Source of the DNA: an uncultured Lachnospiraceae bacterium
GTDB taxonomy: Bacteria; Bacillota; Clostridia; Lachnospirales; Lachnospiraceae
Length of the DNA stretch: 56,709 nucleotides
NCBI GenBank assembly: GCA_964491975.1
Contig: CAZBHM010000001.1
Span: forward strand, 1-56,709
Reading direction: 5' to 3'
Each line of letters starts with the position of its first letter. The first letter of the stretch is position 1. This document shows, piece after piece, positions 35,007-46,582 of the stretch. A model generated the notes under the pieces. It worked only from the letters and a program-made list of their open reading frames with translations, searched no databases and was not told where the DNA came from. The translations under genes were made by a program, and so were the position numbers.

Positions 35007-36113
35007 ATGAGAATAGTGTGCAAAAAAGATAACGATTTAAAAAAGGTACATGGTCTTATAAAACATTTACTGGAAGCAGCGAGTATGGATTATCCGGTTC
35101 TGAGCGAGGACCTTGTTTTGGAGGTTTCGCTTAAAGATAATGAAGGCAAGTTCTGGCCGGGTAATGAGGAAGTTATTTATGTTGAAGAGAAGGATTTGCA
35201 TAATACTGATTTTGGAGTAAGCATTCTGGAGTCATATTATAATGATGATGCACTTACAAAGCTTTATAATCGTGGAAAATACGAGCGTGATATTGCTAAA
35301 TTACAGGCATCAGGGGCAGATGGCATTACATGTATTTATATAGATGTGGTGGGATTGCACGAGATTAATAATCATCTAGGGCATGCGGCGGGTGACCACA
35401 TGTTATGCAGTGTTGCGGAGGGCATACGTAAGAAATTTTTGGAAAGTTCGGCATATCGCATTGGTGGAGACGAGTTTGTGGTATTTTGCTCTGATTGTGA
35501 AGAAACGGAGATTAATCAGGCAATTTCTGATTTAAAGGCCATTCTTAAACAGATGAATTATGAAATTTCCGTAGGAGTGGCGGTTAATGGAAATGGTGAA
35601 AAATTTATGGCAACCATAAACCGTGCAGAGCGCGTCATGCGCTATGACAAAATGCGCTTTTACAGGAATAAAGGCGCAGAGCGTCAGATGAGAAGCCTTA
35701 ATTATAAGCTTGAAAAAATTCTTCTGGAAAAGCAGGATGCCAGCCAGTTCCTTAATGTTATTGCTTCTGAATATAAAGGTGTTTATATGGTTAACCCTGA
35801 TAAGGACACATGCCGCTATATTTACATACCGGAATATTTTAAAGATATTTTGGACAGTAATGACGGTGTTTTTTCAAAGTCTATTGAGATGTACTGTGAA
35901 AGGTTTGTAAGTGAAAAATATCAGAAACAGTTTAGGACATTTTTTGATTTTGATTATGTGCTTAAGCAGATTAAGCAGGGAAATCAGATAAATTTTCCTT
36001 ATGAAAAGAATGATGGAAGCATGGTAAGGCTGCAGCTTACGATTTATGATTCTAATTCAGCAGCGGATAATAACGAAATGCTTTGGATTTTTATGGATGG
36101 TGACAGAGAATAA
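35007..36113 (+). CDS. Diguanylate cyclase (GGDEF) with uncharacterised N- and C-terminal domains
   Basis: GGDEF domain DALTKLYNRGKYE...GHAAGDHML...YRIGGDEFVV with an intact active site. There is no RxxD I-site 5 residues upstream. The ~125-aa C-terminal domain looks PAS-like. The start at 35007 avoids overlap with the MATE gene; the ORF-track start is 34929. Confidence 0.85.
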   Translation: MRIVCKKDNDLKKVHGLIKHLLEAASMDYPVLSEDLVLEVSLKDNEGKFWPGNEEVIYVEEKDLHNTDFGVSILESYYNDDALTKLYNRGKYERDIAKLQASGADGITCIYIDVVGLHEINNHLGHAAGDHMLCSVAEGIRKKFLESSAYRIGGDEFVVFCSDCEETEINQAISDLKAILKQMNYEISVGVAVNGNGEKFMATINRAERVMRYDKMRFYRNKGAERQMRSLNYKLEKILLEKQDASQFLNVIASEYKGVYMVNPDKDTCRYIYIPEYFKDILDSNDGVFSKSIEMYCERFVSEKYQKQFRTFFDFDYVLKQIKQGNQINFPYEKNDGSMVRLQLTIYDSNSAADNNEMLWIFMDGDRE

Positions 36114-36213
36114 AAATGACTTTATTTTTTGGCAAATATATGGTACGATATAGGCTGAAAAAGTAAAGTGTTGTAGTGATTATTAATTATGACAGGAAAA
36201 TGGAGGTATATTT

Positions 36214-37077
36214 ATGTTAGTTTCAGCAACAGAGATGCTTAAGAAAGCAAAAGAAGGTAAGTATGCGGTAGGTCAGTTCAATATCAATAATCTTGAGTGG
36301 GCGAAGGCAGTTTTACTTACGGCACAGGAAAATAATTCTCCTGTAATCCTTGGTGTATCTGAGGGCGCAGGTAAATATATGGCAGGTTATAAGACTGTTG
36401 CAGGTATGGTTAAGGGAATGATTGAGGGACTTAATATCACGGTTCCTGTAGCACTTCATCTTGACCATGGCAGCTTTGACGGATGTCTTAAGTGTATAGA
36501 GGCCGGTTTTTCATCAGTTATGTTTGATGGTTCACACTATGCCATAGACGAGAATGTCGCAAAGACTAAAGAGTTAGTGGATCTTTGTCATTCAAAGGGA
36601 ATTTCAATAGAGGCAGAGGTTGGCTCAATCGGAGGTGAAGAAGACGGTGTAGTAGGAATGGGCGAGTGTGCAGACCCGGCAGAATGTAAGATGATAGCAG
36701 ACCTTGGCGTGGATTTCCTTGCAGCAGGCATTGGCAACATTCATGGTAAATATCCTGCTAACTGGAAAGGCTTAAGCTTTGAGACACTTGATGCGGTTCA
36801 GGCTCTTACAGGCGAGCTTCCTTTAGTTCTTCATGGAGGTACAGGTATTCCTGAGGATATGATAAAGAAGGCCATCAGTCTTGGTGTGGCAAAGATTAAT
36901 GTTAATACAGAATGTCAGCTTTCATTTGCAGCGGCTACAAGAAAATATGTTGAAGCAGGCAAGGACCTTGAGGGCAAGGGTTATGACCCGAGAAAGCTTT
37001 TAGCTCCGGGCTTTGAGGCTATTAAGGCAACAGTTAAAGAAAAAATGGAATTATTTGGTTCAGTCAACAGAGCATAA
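36214..37077 (+). CDS. fba: Class II fructose-1,6-bisphosphate aldolase
   Basis: 287 aa. Motifs GQFNINNLEW, ALHLDHG, GNIHG and LVLHGGTG. Confidence 0.93.
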   Translation: MLVSATEMLKKAKEGKYAVGQFNINNLEWAKAVLLTAQENNSPVILGVSEGAGKYMAGYKTVAGMVKGMIEGLNITVPVALHLDHGSFDGCLKCIEAGFSSVMFDGSHYAIDENVAKTKELVDLCHSKGISIEAEVGSIGGEEDGVVGMGECADPAECKMIADLGVDFLAAGIGNIHGKYPANWKGLSFETLDAVQALTGELPLVLHGGTGIPEDMIKKAISLGVAKINVNTECQLSFAAATRKYVEAGKDLEGKGYDPRKLLAPGFEAIKATVKEKMELFGSVNRA

Positions 37078-37107
37078 GCTGGTTACTATTTTTTAGGAGG
37101 ACATTTC

Positions 37108-39222
37108 ATGCAGGACATAATAAATGTATCAGAAATCTTTGGTTCCAATGTATTTAACGATACGGTTATGAGAGAGCGCCTTTCAGAGCAGGTATATACT
37201 GATTTGAAGCATTGCATAGATGAAGGTGCGGAGCTTAGTAAGGCTACTGCCAATGCGGTTGCGGCTGCAATGAAGGACTGGGCTATTGAAAAGGGTGCAA
37301 CGCACTATTCGCACTGGTTCCAGCCACTTACAGGTGTTACGGCAGAAAAGCATGATTCCTTTATTTCGGCACCGGATTCCCGCGGGAAGGTAATAATGGA
37401 GTTTAAGGGCAAGGAGCTTATTAAGGGCGAGCCGGATGCGTCGTCGTTTCCTTCAGGAGGCCTTAGGGCCACATTTGAGGCAAGAGGTTACACTGCATGG
37501 GATTATTCATCTCCTGCATTTATAAAAGAGGATGCGGCAGGTGCGATACTTTGTATTCCGACAGCCTTCTGTTCTTATACAGGTGAGGCGCTTGACAAAA
37601 AGACACCGCTTCTTCGTTCAATGGATGCCATTAATGAGCAGTCACTGAGAATTTTAAGATTATTTGGCAATACAACGTCCAAGAAGGTCATACCTTCAGT
37701 AGGTCCTGAACAGGAGTATTTCCTTGTGGATAAGGAGAAGTTTCTTAAGAGAAAAGACCTTGTTTTTACAGGAAGAACTTTGTTTGGGGCAATGCCGCCA
37801 AAAGGTCAGGAAATGGAGGACCATTACTTTGGCTCAATAAGAGAAAGAGTCGGCGCATTTATGAAGGAGGTCAACTTAGAGCTCTGGAAGATGGGAGTTA
37901 CGGCTAAGACCCAGCATAATGAGGCAGCACCTGCCCAGCATGAGCTTGCACCTATTTATGCTGTTGCCAATGTTGCAGTTGATAATAACCAGCTTGTAAT
38001 AGAGATTCTTAAAAAGGTGGCTGAAAGACATGGACTTATGTGTCTTTTACACGAGAAGCCATTTGCCGGCGTTAATGGTTCGGGTAAACATAATAACTGG
38101 TCGCTTACAACGGATGACGGGGTTAATCTCCTTGAACCGGGTAAGACACCACATGAAAATATACAGTTCCTTCTGGTACTTACATGTATTATGAGGGCAG
38201 TGGACAGGCATGCGGCACTTTTAAGGGAATCAGCAGCAGATGTGGGTAATGAGCACAGACTTGGTGCGGCAGAGGCACCGCCTGCGATTATATCCATTTT
38301 CCTTGGCGAGCAGCTCGAGGATGTTATCTGGCAGCTTGTAAATACAGGCTCTGCCACCAGCAGTAAGCAGGGCGGAAAGCTTAAGATTGGCGGCAATCTG
38401 CCGGCAGTTTCTAAGGATGCGACTGACCGTAACCGTACATCACCGTTTGCATTTACCGGTAATAAATTCGAATTTCGTATGGTCGGTTCAGCTGATTCAG
38501 TTGCAAGTGCCACTACGGTTCTTAATGCCATTGTTGCAGAGGTATTCTGTGAGACGGCGGATATCCTCGAGAAAGCAGAGAATGTAGAGCTTGCAGTACA
38601 TGATATTATTAAGAAGTATGCAAGTGAGCACCAGAGGATTATATTTAACGGTAACGGATATTCCGAGGAATGGGTGCGTGAGGCGGAAAGAAGAGGGCTT
38701 CCTAATCTTAAGTCTATGGTAGATGCCATTCCGGCACTTGTTTCAGAGGATACGGTGGCTCTTTTTGAAAAATTCAATATTTTTACACGGACAGAGCTTG
38801 AGTCACGTGCTGAAATACAGTATGAAGCTTATGCCAAGGCAACCAATATTGAGACACTTACGATGATAGATATGGCAAGAAAGCAGATTATTCCTGCAGT
38901 TGTCCGTTACATAACGGTGCTTGCCGATTCTTATAACAGTGTTAAAAGCACAGGGCTTGATTTGGATGTGAGCACGCAGGAAGAGATGCTTAAAGAAGTG
39001 TCTGCGCTTCTTGGCGAAACAAAGAGGGCACTTAAGAATCTTGAAGAGTTATCTGCATCAGTACAGCAGATTGACGACATGGAGACTAAGGCGAGAGCAT
39101 ATCTTGAGAAGATTATGCCTGCCATGGATGCACTTCGTGCTCCGGTTGACAAGCTTGAGATGCTTGTGGATAAATCAATGTGGCCGATGCCGTCATATGG
39201 AGATTTAATTTTTGAGGTTTAG
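37108..39222 (+). CDS. glnN: Glutamine synthetase, type III
   Basis: 704 aa, the length typical of GSIII. The N-terminal GSIII-specific domain is followed by the catalytic core (NGSGKHNNWS, EHRLGAAEAPP). Confidence 0.9.
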   Translation: MQDIINVSEIFGSNVFNDTVMRERLSEQVYTDLKHCIDEGAELSKATANAVAAAMKDWAIEKGATHYSHWFQPLTGVTAEKHDSFISAPDSRGKVIMEFKGKELIKGEPDASSFPSGGLRATFEARGYTAWDYSSPAFIKEDAAGAILCIPTAFCSYTGEALDKKTPLLRSMDAINEQSLRILRLFGNTTSKKVIPSVGPEQEYFLVDKEKFLKRKDLVFTGRTLFGAMPPKGQEMEDHYFGSIRERVGAFMKEVNLELWKMGVTAKTQHNEAAPAQHELAPIYAVANVAVDNNQLVIEILKKVAERHGLMCLLHEKPFAGVNGSGKHNNWSLTTDDGVNLLEPGKTPHENIQFLLVLTCIMRAVDRHAALLRESAADVGNEHRLGAAEAPPAIISIFLGEQLEDVIWQLVNTGSATSSKQGGKLKIGGNLPAVSKDATDRNRTSPFAFTGNKFEFRMVGSADSVASATTVLNAIVAEVFCETADILEKAENVELAVHDIIKKYASEHQRIIFNGNGYSEEWVREAERRGLPNLKSMVDAIPALVSEDTVALFEKFNIFTRTELESRAEIQYEAYAKATNIETLTMIDMARKQIIPAVVRYITVLADSYNSVKSTGLDLDVSTQEEMLKEVSALLGETKRALKNLEELSASVQQIDDMETKARAYLEKIMPAMDALRAPVDKLEMLVDKSMWPMPSYGDLIFEV

Positions 39223-39227
39223 ATAAA

Positions 39228-39268
39228 TATAAAGGCAGATTGTTCAAAGCGGACAGTCTGCCTTTATA
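39228..39268. terminator. Bidirectional terminator between glnN and the anti-sigma-like gene
   Basis: 18-bp stem (39228-39245 pairs with 39251-39268, two G-U pairs) with a 5-nt loop and a GC-rich core GGCAGA/TCTGCC. T-rich tails lie on both strands. Confidence 0.75.
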
Positions 39269-39286
39269 AAATATTAAGAGTACACA

Positions 39287-40468
39287 TTATTCCGGTATCG
39301 CAAGGTCTCCGTTTATTAATATGCCTTTATCCATGGAGTATGCGCCGGTTATTTCGTTTGACTCAGAGATTTCTCCGCTGTATGTTACCAAAACAACATC
39401 TCCGACATTAATTCCTGCAATGTCCACCCATCTTTTTAAACGTATGTCATTGATGTAGATTTTGTATACGGTACCGTCTTTTTTATTCCGGCATAAGATG
39501 CTGTCATCCACAAGTATATAATCGTCAGTGACTTCTTTTAAGGTGCCTGACAGAGTGAGTTCATATGCTTCAAATTTCCCGGGTGTAGAATTATTCATTG
39601 CATATTCAATAATTTTTTTGGCGGCATCGGTGCCGATTAAATAGGTGTAGGCATAGTCGAAAACATTAGTCGAAAAATAGCCGTCCTCTGAAATATATAC
39701 CACGCGTTTATATACACCGAGTGCTTCTGAGGTTGCGGTAAAGCTAAGATATTTGTTGCCGTTTATAACGCTTCTGTCAAATGCATCTGCTGTGCCGTCA
39801 TCAATTGGAGCCGATTTGCATTCTGAAAGTATCTGCCAGATATATGCATCATCCTTTAGATTATAATATCCCTGTGCATCGAATCCTTTATATACGGTAA
39901 AATGGTCAAATTCCAGGTTTTTGTCAAGTCCGTAAAGAGTCATTAATTCACCAAATGTTGCAGGCTTCGTATTATTTTGGCTAATCTGGTATATATAATA
40001 TTCACCGTCAATCCCCGCACCAATAAGCTTTTCTGCTGATATGCCGTTTATTTCATATACCTCAAATGGCATGGTGTAAATTTTGTCGGTATACGAATCA
40101 GTACCGGATGCCATTCCTTTACCGGATGCTTCTCCTAATATATCCGTGTCGGATATTGGATTTCTGCTTTTTATACTATATTCTCTGCCTTCATAAATGA
40201 CAGTCGTATATTTTTCACCGACAGTTTTATATTCCCATGGCCATTCATAGTATGATTCTGTTTTTAAAATATAACTGTCTTCTTTAGTCAGCATGGGAAT
40301 AATTTTGGTACCGCCCAATATTAATATGGCCAGACATGCAGCCACGGCAGCTGATTTGTACCATAATTTTTTGCCGGTGTTTCTGGTTTTGCCGGTATAA
40401 CTGCTTGCTTCATCTACATATTTTGTGTCAATGCTGTTAATTACTTCTGATATTTTTTCTCTTTTCAT
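39287..40468 (-). CDS. Putative anti-sigma factor: single-pass membrane protein with a ~330-aa extracytoplasmic domain of unknown type
   Basis: The start overlaps the sigma-factor stop by 4 nt. A short cytoplasmic N-terminus is followed by one TM (SAAVAACLAILILGGTKIIPML) and a large C-terminal domain with no motif I recognise. Confidence 0.55.
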   Translation of the reverse strand: MKREKISEVINSIDTKYVDEASSYTGKTRNTGKKLWYKSAAVAACLAILILGGTKIIPMLTKEDSYILKTESYYEWPWEYKTVGEKYTTVIYEGREYSIKSRNPISDTDILGEASGKGMASGTDSYTDKIYTMPFEVYEINGISAEKLIGAGIDGEYYIYQISQNNTKPATFGELMTLYGLDKNLEFDHFTVYKGFDAQGYYNLKDDAYIWQILSECKSAPIDDGTADAFDRSVINGNKYLSFTATSEALGVYKRVVYISEDGYFSTNVFDYAYTYLIGTDAAKKIIEYAMNNSTPGKFEAYELTLSGTLKEVTDDYILVDDSILCRNKKDGTVYKIYINDIRLKRWVDIAGINVGDVVLVTYSGEISESNEITGAYSMDKGILINGDLAIPE

Positions 40469-41034
40469 AGTGAAACTCCTTTCAGAATGAGATATTTTTT
40501 TAACTTTTCTCTTGTGCGGAAAAGTCTTACAGATACATTGTGGCTGCTTGTACCAAAAAGTCTTGCAAGGTCATCGATGGAATCCGAATGCCAGTATCTG
40601 CGGACAAATAATATCCGGTTTTCCTTATCAAGTGATTCAAGAAACATATCAATTAACTTTGCGATTTCAGCGGCGTTCATTTCATCTTCAACTGAAGCCA
40701 TTGACGGAATACAGTTTTCAAGTTCGTCCAGTGCCACATCATATGTACTGTTTCTTTTTGCGGCAGTATTGAAATGATATTTTTTGACTGCGAGGTTACG
40801 CACAATGCGGCATACATAGCTTAGTAACGGATTTGGATTCGTGGGCGGTATTGTATTCCAGACACCAAGGTAAGTATCATTTACACATTCCTCCGCATCC
40901 TGCATGTTATTAAGTATGTTATATGCAATTTTTGTACACACCGGACCATATTTCTCTGACAGCTCAATAATTGCTTCTTCAGACCGTTCAAAGAACAACT
41001 CAATAATTTTTTTATCATCCAAATTATTCACCAT
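40465..41034 (-). CDS. ECF-type RNA polymerase sigma-70 family factor
   Basis: 189 aa. Region 2 DAEECVNDTYLGVW. Region 4 HTH SIDDLARLFGTSSHNVSVRLFRTREKLKKYL. Confidence 0.88.
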   Translation of the reverse strand: MVNNLDDKKIIELFFERSEEAIIELSEKYGPVCTKIAYNILNNMQDAEECVNDTYLGVWNTIPPTNPNPLLSYVCRIVRNLAVKKYHFNTAAKRNSTYDVALDELENCIPSMASVEDEMNAAEIAKLIDMFLESLDKENRILFVRRYWHSDSIDDLARLFGTSSHNVSVRLFRTREKLKKYLILKGVSL

Positions 41035-41178
41035 CCTTTCTTACCTGTATACTACGGTTTTGACACTGAATATCTCACTTTGTTTTACAATAATTTGTAT
41101 TTACTTTTTTGTCAACACCGGAAAATTCTAAGCTGTATAAAATGTATTAAAAATGTCAATGCTTTCCTTAGGCAATGA

Positions 41179-43917
<2,739 letters not shown>

Positions 43918-43984
43918 GTAAAATCCTGTATTAGTGATTTGATGAAATATATGTTACCCGCCTGTTAAAAATGTATAAAATTTA

Positions 43985-44013
43985 TTGACAAAACTGTTAA
44001 GATATGTTAACTT
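43985..44013 (+). promoter_or_regulatory. Candidate promoter of the structured leader and CaCA antiporter (TTGACA-N17-TAACTT)
   Basis: Consensus -35 TTGACA at 43985-43990, 17-nt spacer, weak -10 TAACTT at 44008-44013. It would place the transcription start about 10 nt before the folded element. Confidence 0.35.
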
Positions 44014-44025
44014 ATAGAAACAATA

Positions 44026-44122
44026 ATGCTCGTGAGGGAGTAATCGGCGCATATGCCTGCGTGATAAGTCAACATCATGGCGTATAATACGTCTGGCTTA
44101 TCTTAAATGATGAGACTCATGT
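44026..44122 (+). promoter_or_regulatory. Candidate riboswitch aptamer, best guess yybP-ykoY (Mn2+) class
   Basis: Closing helix CGUGAG (44031-36) / CUCAUG (44116-21). A GGAGUAAUC loop (44037-45) resembles the conserved GGGGAGUAG. There is a hairpin GCGCA/UGCGU (44047-62). Helix AUAAGUC/GGCUUAU (44064-70 / 44095-101) encloses the asymmetric loop AACAUCAUG and the hairpin GGCGUA-UAA-UACGUC. The 3' junction ends in GAUGAGA. The canonical fourth helix is not obvious. Confidence 0.45.
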
Positions 44123-44205
44123 GTAATTACACTTAGCGGAATGTTTTATGTTTATGTATGGATTGTTCAGGTTAAAGTGTTATTACACATGGGTTTTTTG
44201 TTTTG
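44116..44205 (+). terminator. Leader terminator (expression platform) upstream of the CaCA antiporter gene
   Basis: 17-position stem CUCAUGUGUAAUUACAC (44116-44132) / GUGUUAUUACACAUGGG (44177-44193), 16 paired (one G-U wobble) with one U-U mismatch, followed by UUUUUUGUUUU. The first 6 nt of the 5' arm are the 3' strand of the putative aptamer closing helix. The loop is about 44 nt. Confidence 0.6.
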
Positions 44206-44268
44206 CGGATGTTATATGTGGCGATTATGATTTTCAGGGGTAAATATACTACAAAGGAAGGGTTTATT

Positions 44269-45243
44269 ATGGAAATGACAGTAGCGGTTTTATTATTTGT
44301 CATAGGATTAATTATTATCATCAAGGGAGGAGACTTTTTCGTTGATGCGGCTTCATGGATGGCAGAGGTCTCAGGAATTCCCAAACTTATTGTAGGCGCG
44401 ACAGTTGTAAGCCTTGCCACAACGCTTCCAGAGCTTCTGGTGTCTTCGATGGCGGCTGCCAAAGGACAGGTTGACATGGCAATAGGTAATGCAGTTGGAA
44501 GCGTTACGGCAAATATTGGTCTTATTATGGCAGTGGCACTTATTTTTATGCCTACGGTTATTAATAGAAAAGACTATATGTTAAAGACAATTCTTATGCT
44601 TCTTTCAACTGTACTTCTTGGAATATTTGGTATGGTATTTGGTGAGTTAAAATTAGTCTGGGGAGTCGCACTGCTTGTTATTTTTGCAGTTAATATCTGG
44701 GATAATGTTATGGGTGCAAAAAGTGCGATGAAGGAAGGTAGGGAACAAAAAGCAGAAAAAGAGCCTGTTACAAGAAAGATTATAATTACTAATATTATTA
44801 AATTTGTGATTGGAACAGTAGGAATTGTAATCGGTGCAGACCTGCTTGTTGACCAGGGAAGCTTTATAGCTTCGGAAATAGGTATTCCGGAGAGGATTAT
44901 TTCAGTTACGGTTATAGCTATAGGAACCTCACTTCCGGAGCTTATTACAACCATAACTGCGATAGCCAAAAAGCAGGCATCGCTTTCAGTAGGCAATATT
45001 ATAGGTGCCAACATCATTGATTTAACGATGATTCTGCCCATCTGCTCACTTGTGTCAGGCGGTTCACTTCCCATTTCGAAGATGGCGGCATATATAGACA
45101 TTCCGGCATGTCTTATTGTTGGAATTATTGCAATGATTCCTGCACTTATTACCAGAAAGTTTACAAAGCTTCAGGGTGTTGTACTTTTAGTGGTTTATGC
45201 TGTATATGTGTACATTACGACAAGTGGAGTGGTCGCTTTTTAA
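44269..45243 (+). CDS. Na+/Ca2+ exchanger (CaCA, YrbG-like) family cation antiporter
   Basis: 324 aa from MEMTVAVLL. Two alpha-repeats GATVVSLATTLPELLVS and VIAIGTSLPELITT. The ATG at 44269 follows AAGGAAGG. The ORF-track start at 44203 lies inside the terminator U-tract. Confidence 0.88.
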   Translation: MEMTVAVLLFVIGLIIIIKGGDFFVDAASWMAEVSGIPKLIVGATVVSLATTLPELLVSSMAAAKGQVDMAIGNAVGSVTANIGLIMAVALIFMPTVINRKDYMLKTILMLLSTVLLGIFGMVFGELKLVWGVALLVIFAVNIWDNVMGAKSAMKEGREQKAEKEPVTRKIIITNIIKFVIGTVGIVIGADLLVDQGSFIASEIGIPERIISVTVIAIGTSLPELITTITAIAKKQASLSVGNIIGANIIDLTMILPICSLVSGGSLPISKMAAYIDIPACLIVGIIAMIPALITRKFTKLQGVVLLVVYAVYVYITTSGVVAF

Positions 45244-45260
45244 GAATTACTATCAAATAA

Positions 45261-45286
45261 GACTTGCCTTAGGGCAGGTCTTTTTG
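45261..45286 (+). terminator. Rho-independent terminator after the antiporter gene
   Basis: Stem GACTTGCC / GGCAGGTC (8 bp, one G-U), loop TTAG, followed by TTTTT. Confidence 0.75.
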
Positions 45287-45330
45287 TATAATCACATTAT
45301 AGGAATTTATTTTTTGAAAGGGGATTCATT

Positions 45331-46560
45331 ATGAAATTGGATGAAGTAAAAGCATTGCTTAAAGAGAATAATCAAGAGCATCTTTTAAGATATTATGATG
45401 AGCTTGATGAGGCTTCCGGGGAGAAGCTTTTTGGCCAGATAAGTGATATAGATTTTTCTGTACTTAAGCTTTTAAAAGATAGTGACATGGAACAGAAAAG
45501 AGGCGTGATTTCACCTATTGATGTGTGCAGTATGGATGAGATTACAGACCACAGGGAAGAATTTTACAAAACGGGTGCTGAGGCAGTAAAAAACTGTAAG
45601 GTCGGTGCAATTTTACTTGCCGGCGGACAGGGTACAAGACTTGGTTTTGATAAGCCTAAGGGGATGTACAACATAGGTATTACCAAGCCGCTTTATATTT
45701 TTGAGATGCTTATTAAGAATCTTATGGATGTTGTTAACGCTACAGGCGCATATGTACCGCTTTTCGTTATGACCAGTGAGATTAATCATGAGGATACGGT
45801 TCAGTTTTTTGAAGAGATGAACTATTTTGGTTATGACAGGAATTATGTCTGGTTCTTTAAGCAGGCGATGGCGGCAGCCTGCGATTTTGAAGGTAAAATT
45901 TATCTTGAGGACAAGGGTAAGGTGTCCATGTCACCTAACGGTAACGGCGGATGGTTTATATCCTTTATGAAAGCAGGACTTCTTGAGGTGGCAAAAGAGA
46001 AGGGAATTGAATGGCTTAATGTATTTGCTGTTGATAATGTACTTCAGAGAATTGCAGACCCGTGTTTTGTCGGAGCGGTAATTGAGAAGGATGTTGTATG
46101 TGGTGCAAAGGTAGTCGTGAAGGCGGAGCCTAAGGAAAAGGTAGGAGCAATCTGCCTTGAGGACGGTAAGCCGTCAATTGTTGAGTATTATGAGCTTTCA
46201 GACGAGATGGCGTACCAGAAACTGCCTGACGGAAAGCTTGCTTATAATTATGGAGTAATTCTTAATTATTTATTTAAACTGGATAAGCTTGAGGAGATAG
46301 CAAAGACTTCTTTGCCGCTTCATATAGTTAAGAAAAAGATTCCGCATATTGACGATATGGGCAATATGGTTAAACCGGTGGAGCCAAATGGCTACAAATT
46401 TGAGCAGCTTGTGCTTGACATGATACATATGATGGATAACTGCCTGCCTTACGAGGTTGAAAGGGAAAGAGAGTTTGCACCGATTAAGAATGCAGTGGGA
46501 GTGGATTCGGTTGAAAGTGCGCGCGAGCTTCTTAAGGTTAATGGTATAGAAATTATTTAA
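45331..46560 (+). CDS. UDPGP-family UDP-sugar (UDP-N-acetylhexosamine/glucose) pyrophosphorylase
   Basis: 409 aa. The nucleotide-binding loop LLAGGQGTRLGFDKPKG and overall layout are those of eukaryotic-type UAP/UGP pyrophosphorylases. Confidence 0.8.
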   Translation: MKLDEVKALLKENNQEHLLRYYDELDEASGEKLFGQISDIDFSVLKLLKDSDMEQKRGVISPIDVCSMDEITDHREEFYKTGAEAVKNCKVGAILLAGGQGTRLGFDKPKGMYNIGITKPLYIFEMLIKNLMDVVNATGAYVPLFVMTSEINHEDTVQFFEEMNYFGYDRNYVWFFKQAMAAACDFEGKIYLEDKGKVSMSPNGNGGWFISFMKAGLLEVAKEKGIEWLNVFAVDNVLQRIADPCFVGAVIEKDVVCGAKVVVKAEPKEKVGAICLEDGKPSIVEYYELSDEMAYQKLPDGKLAYNYGVILNYLFKLDKLEEIAKTSLPLHIVKKKIPHIDDMGNMVKPVEPNGYKFEQLVLDMIHMMDNCLPYEVEREREFAPIKNAVGVDSVESARELLKVNGIEII

Positions 46561-46582
46561 GTCGGGAAAAGAGGTTAAGAAG

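Noticed and set aside
37956-38777. 273-aa ORF on the minus strand inside glnN
   Set aside because: It is entirely antisense to a confidently identified type III glutamine synthetase. Its Ser/Ala/Leu/Thr-rich low-complexity translation is typical of the reverse frame of a real gene. It has no RBS and no recognisable motif.
44121-44188. Near-identical 12-mers GTGTAATTACAC (44121-44132) and GTGTTATTACAC (44177-44188), considered as mobile-element ends or a direct repeat
   Set aside because: They are each other's reverse complement and are followed by a U-tract, so they are better explained as the two arms of a terminator. No transposase or target-site duplication is nearby.
44203-44268. 22-codon N-terminal extension of the antiporter ORF (ORF-track start at 44203)
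   Set aside because: The extension begins inside the U-tract of the leader terminator and has no RBS. The ATG at 44269 has AAGGAAGG at the right distance and starts directly with the first TM helix.
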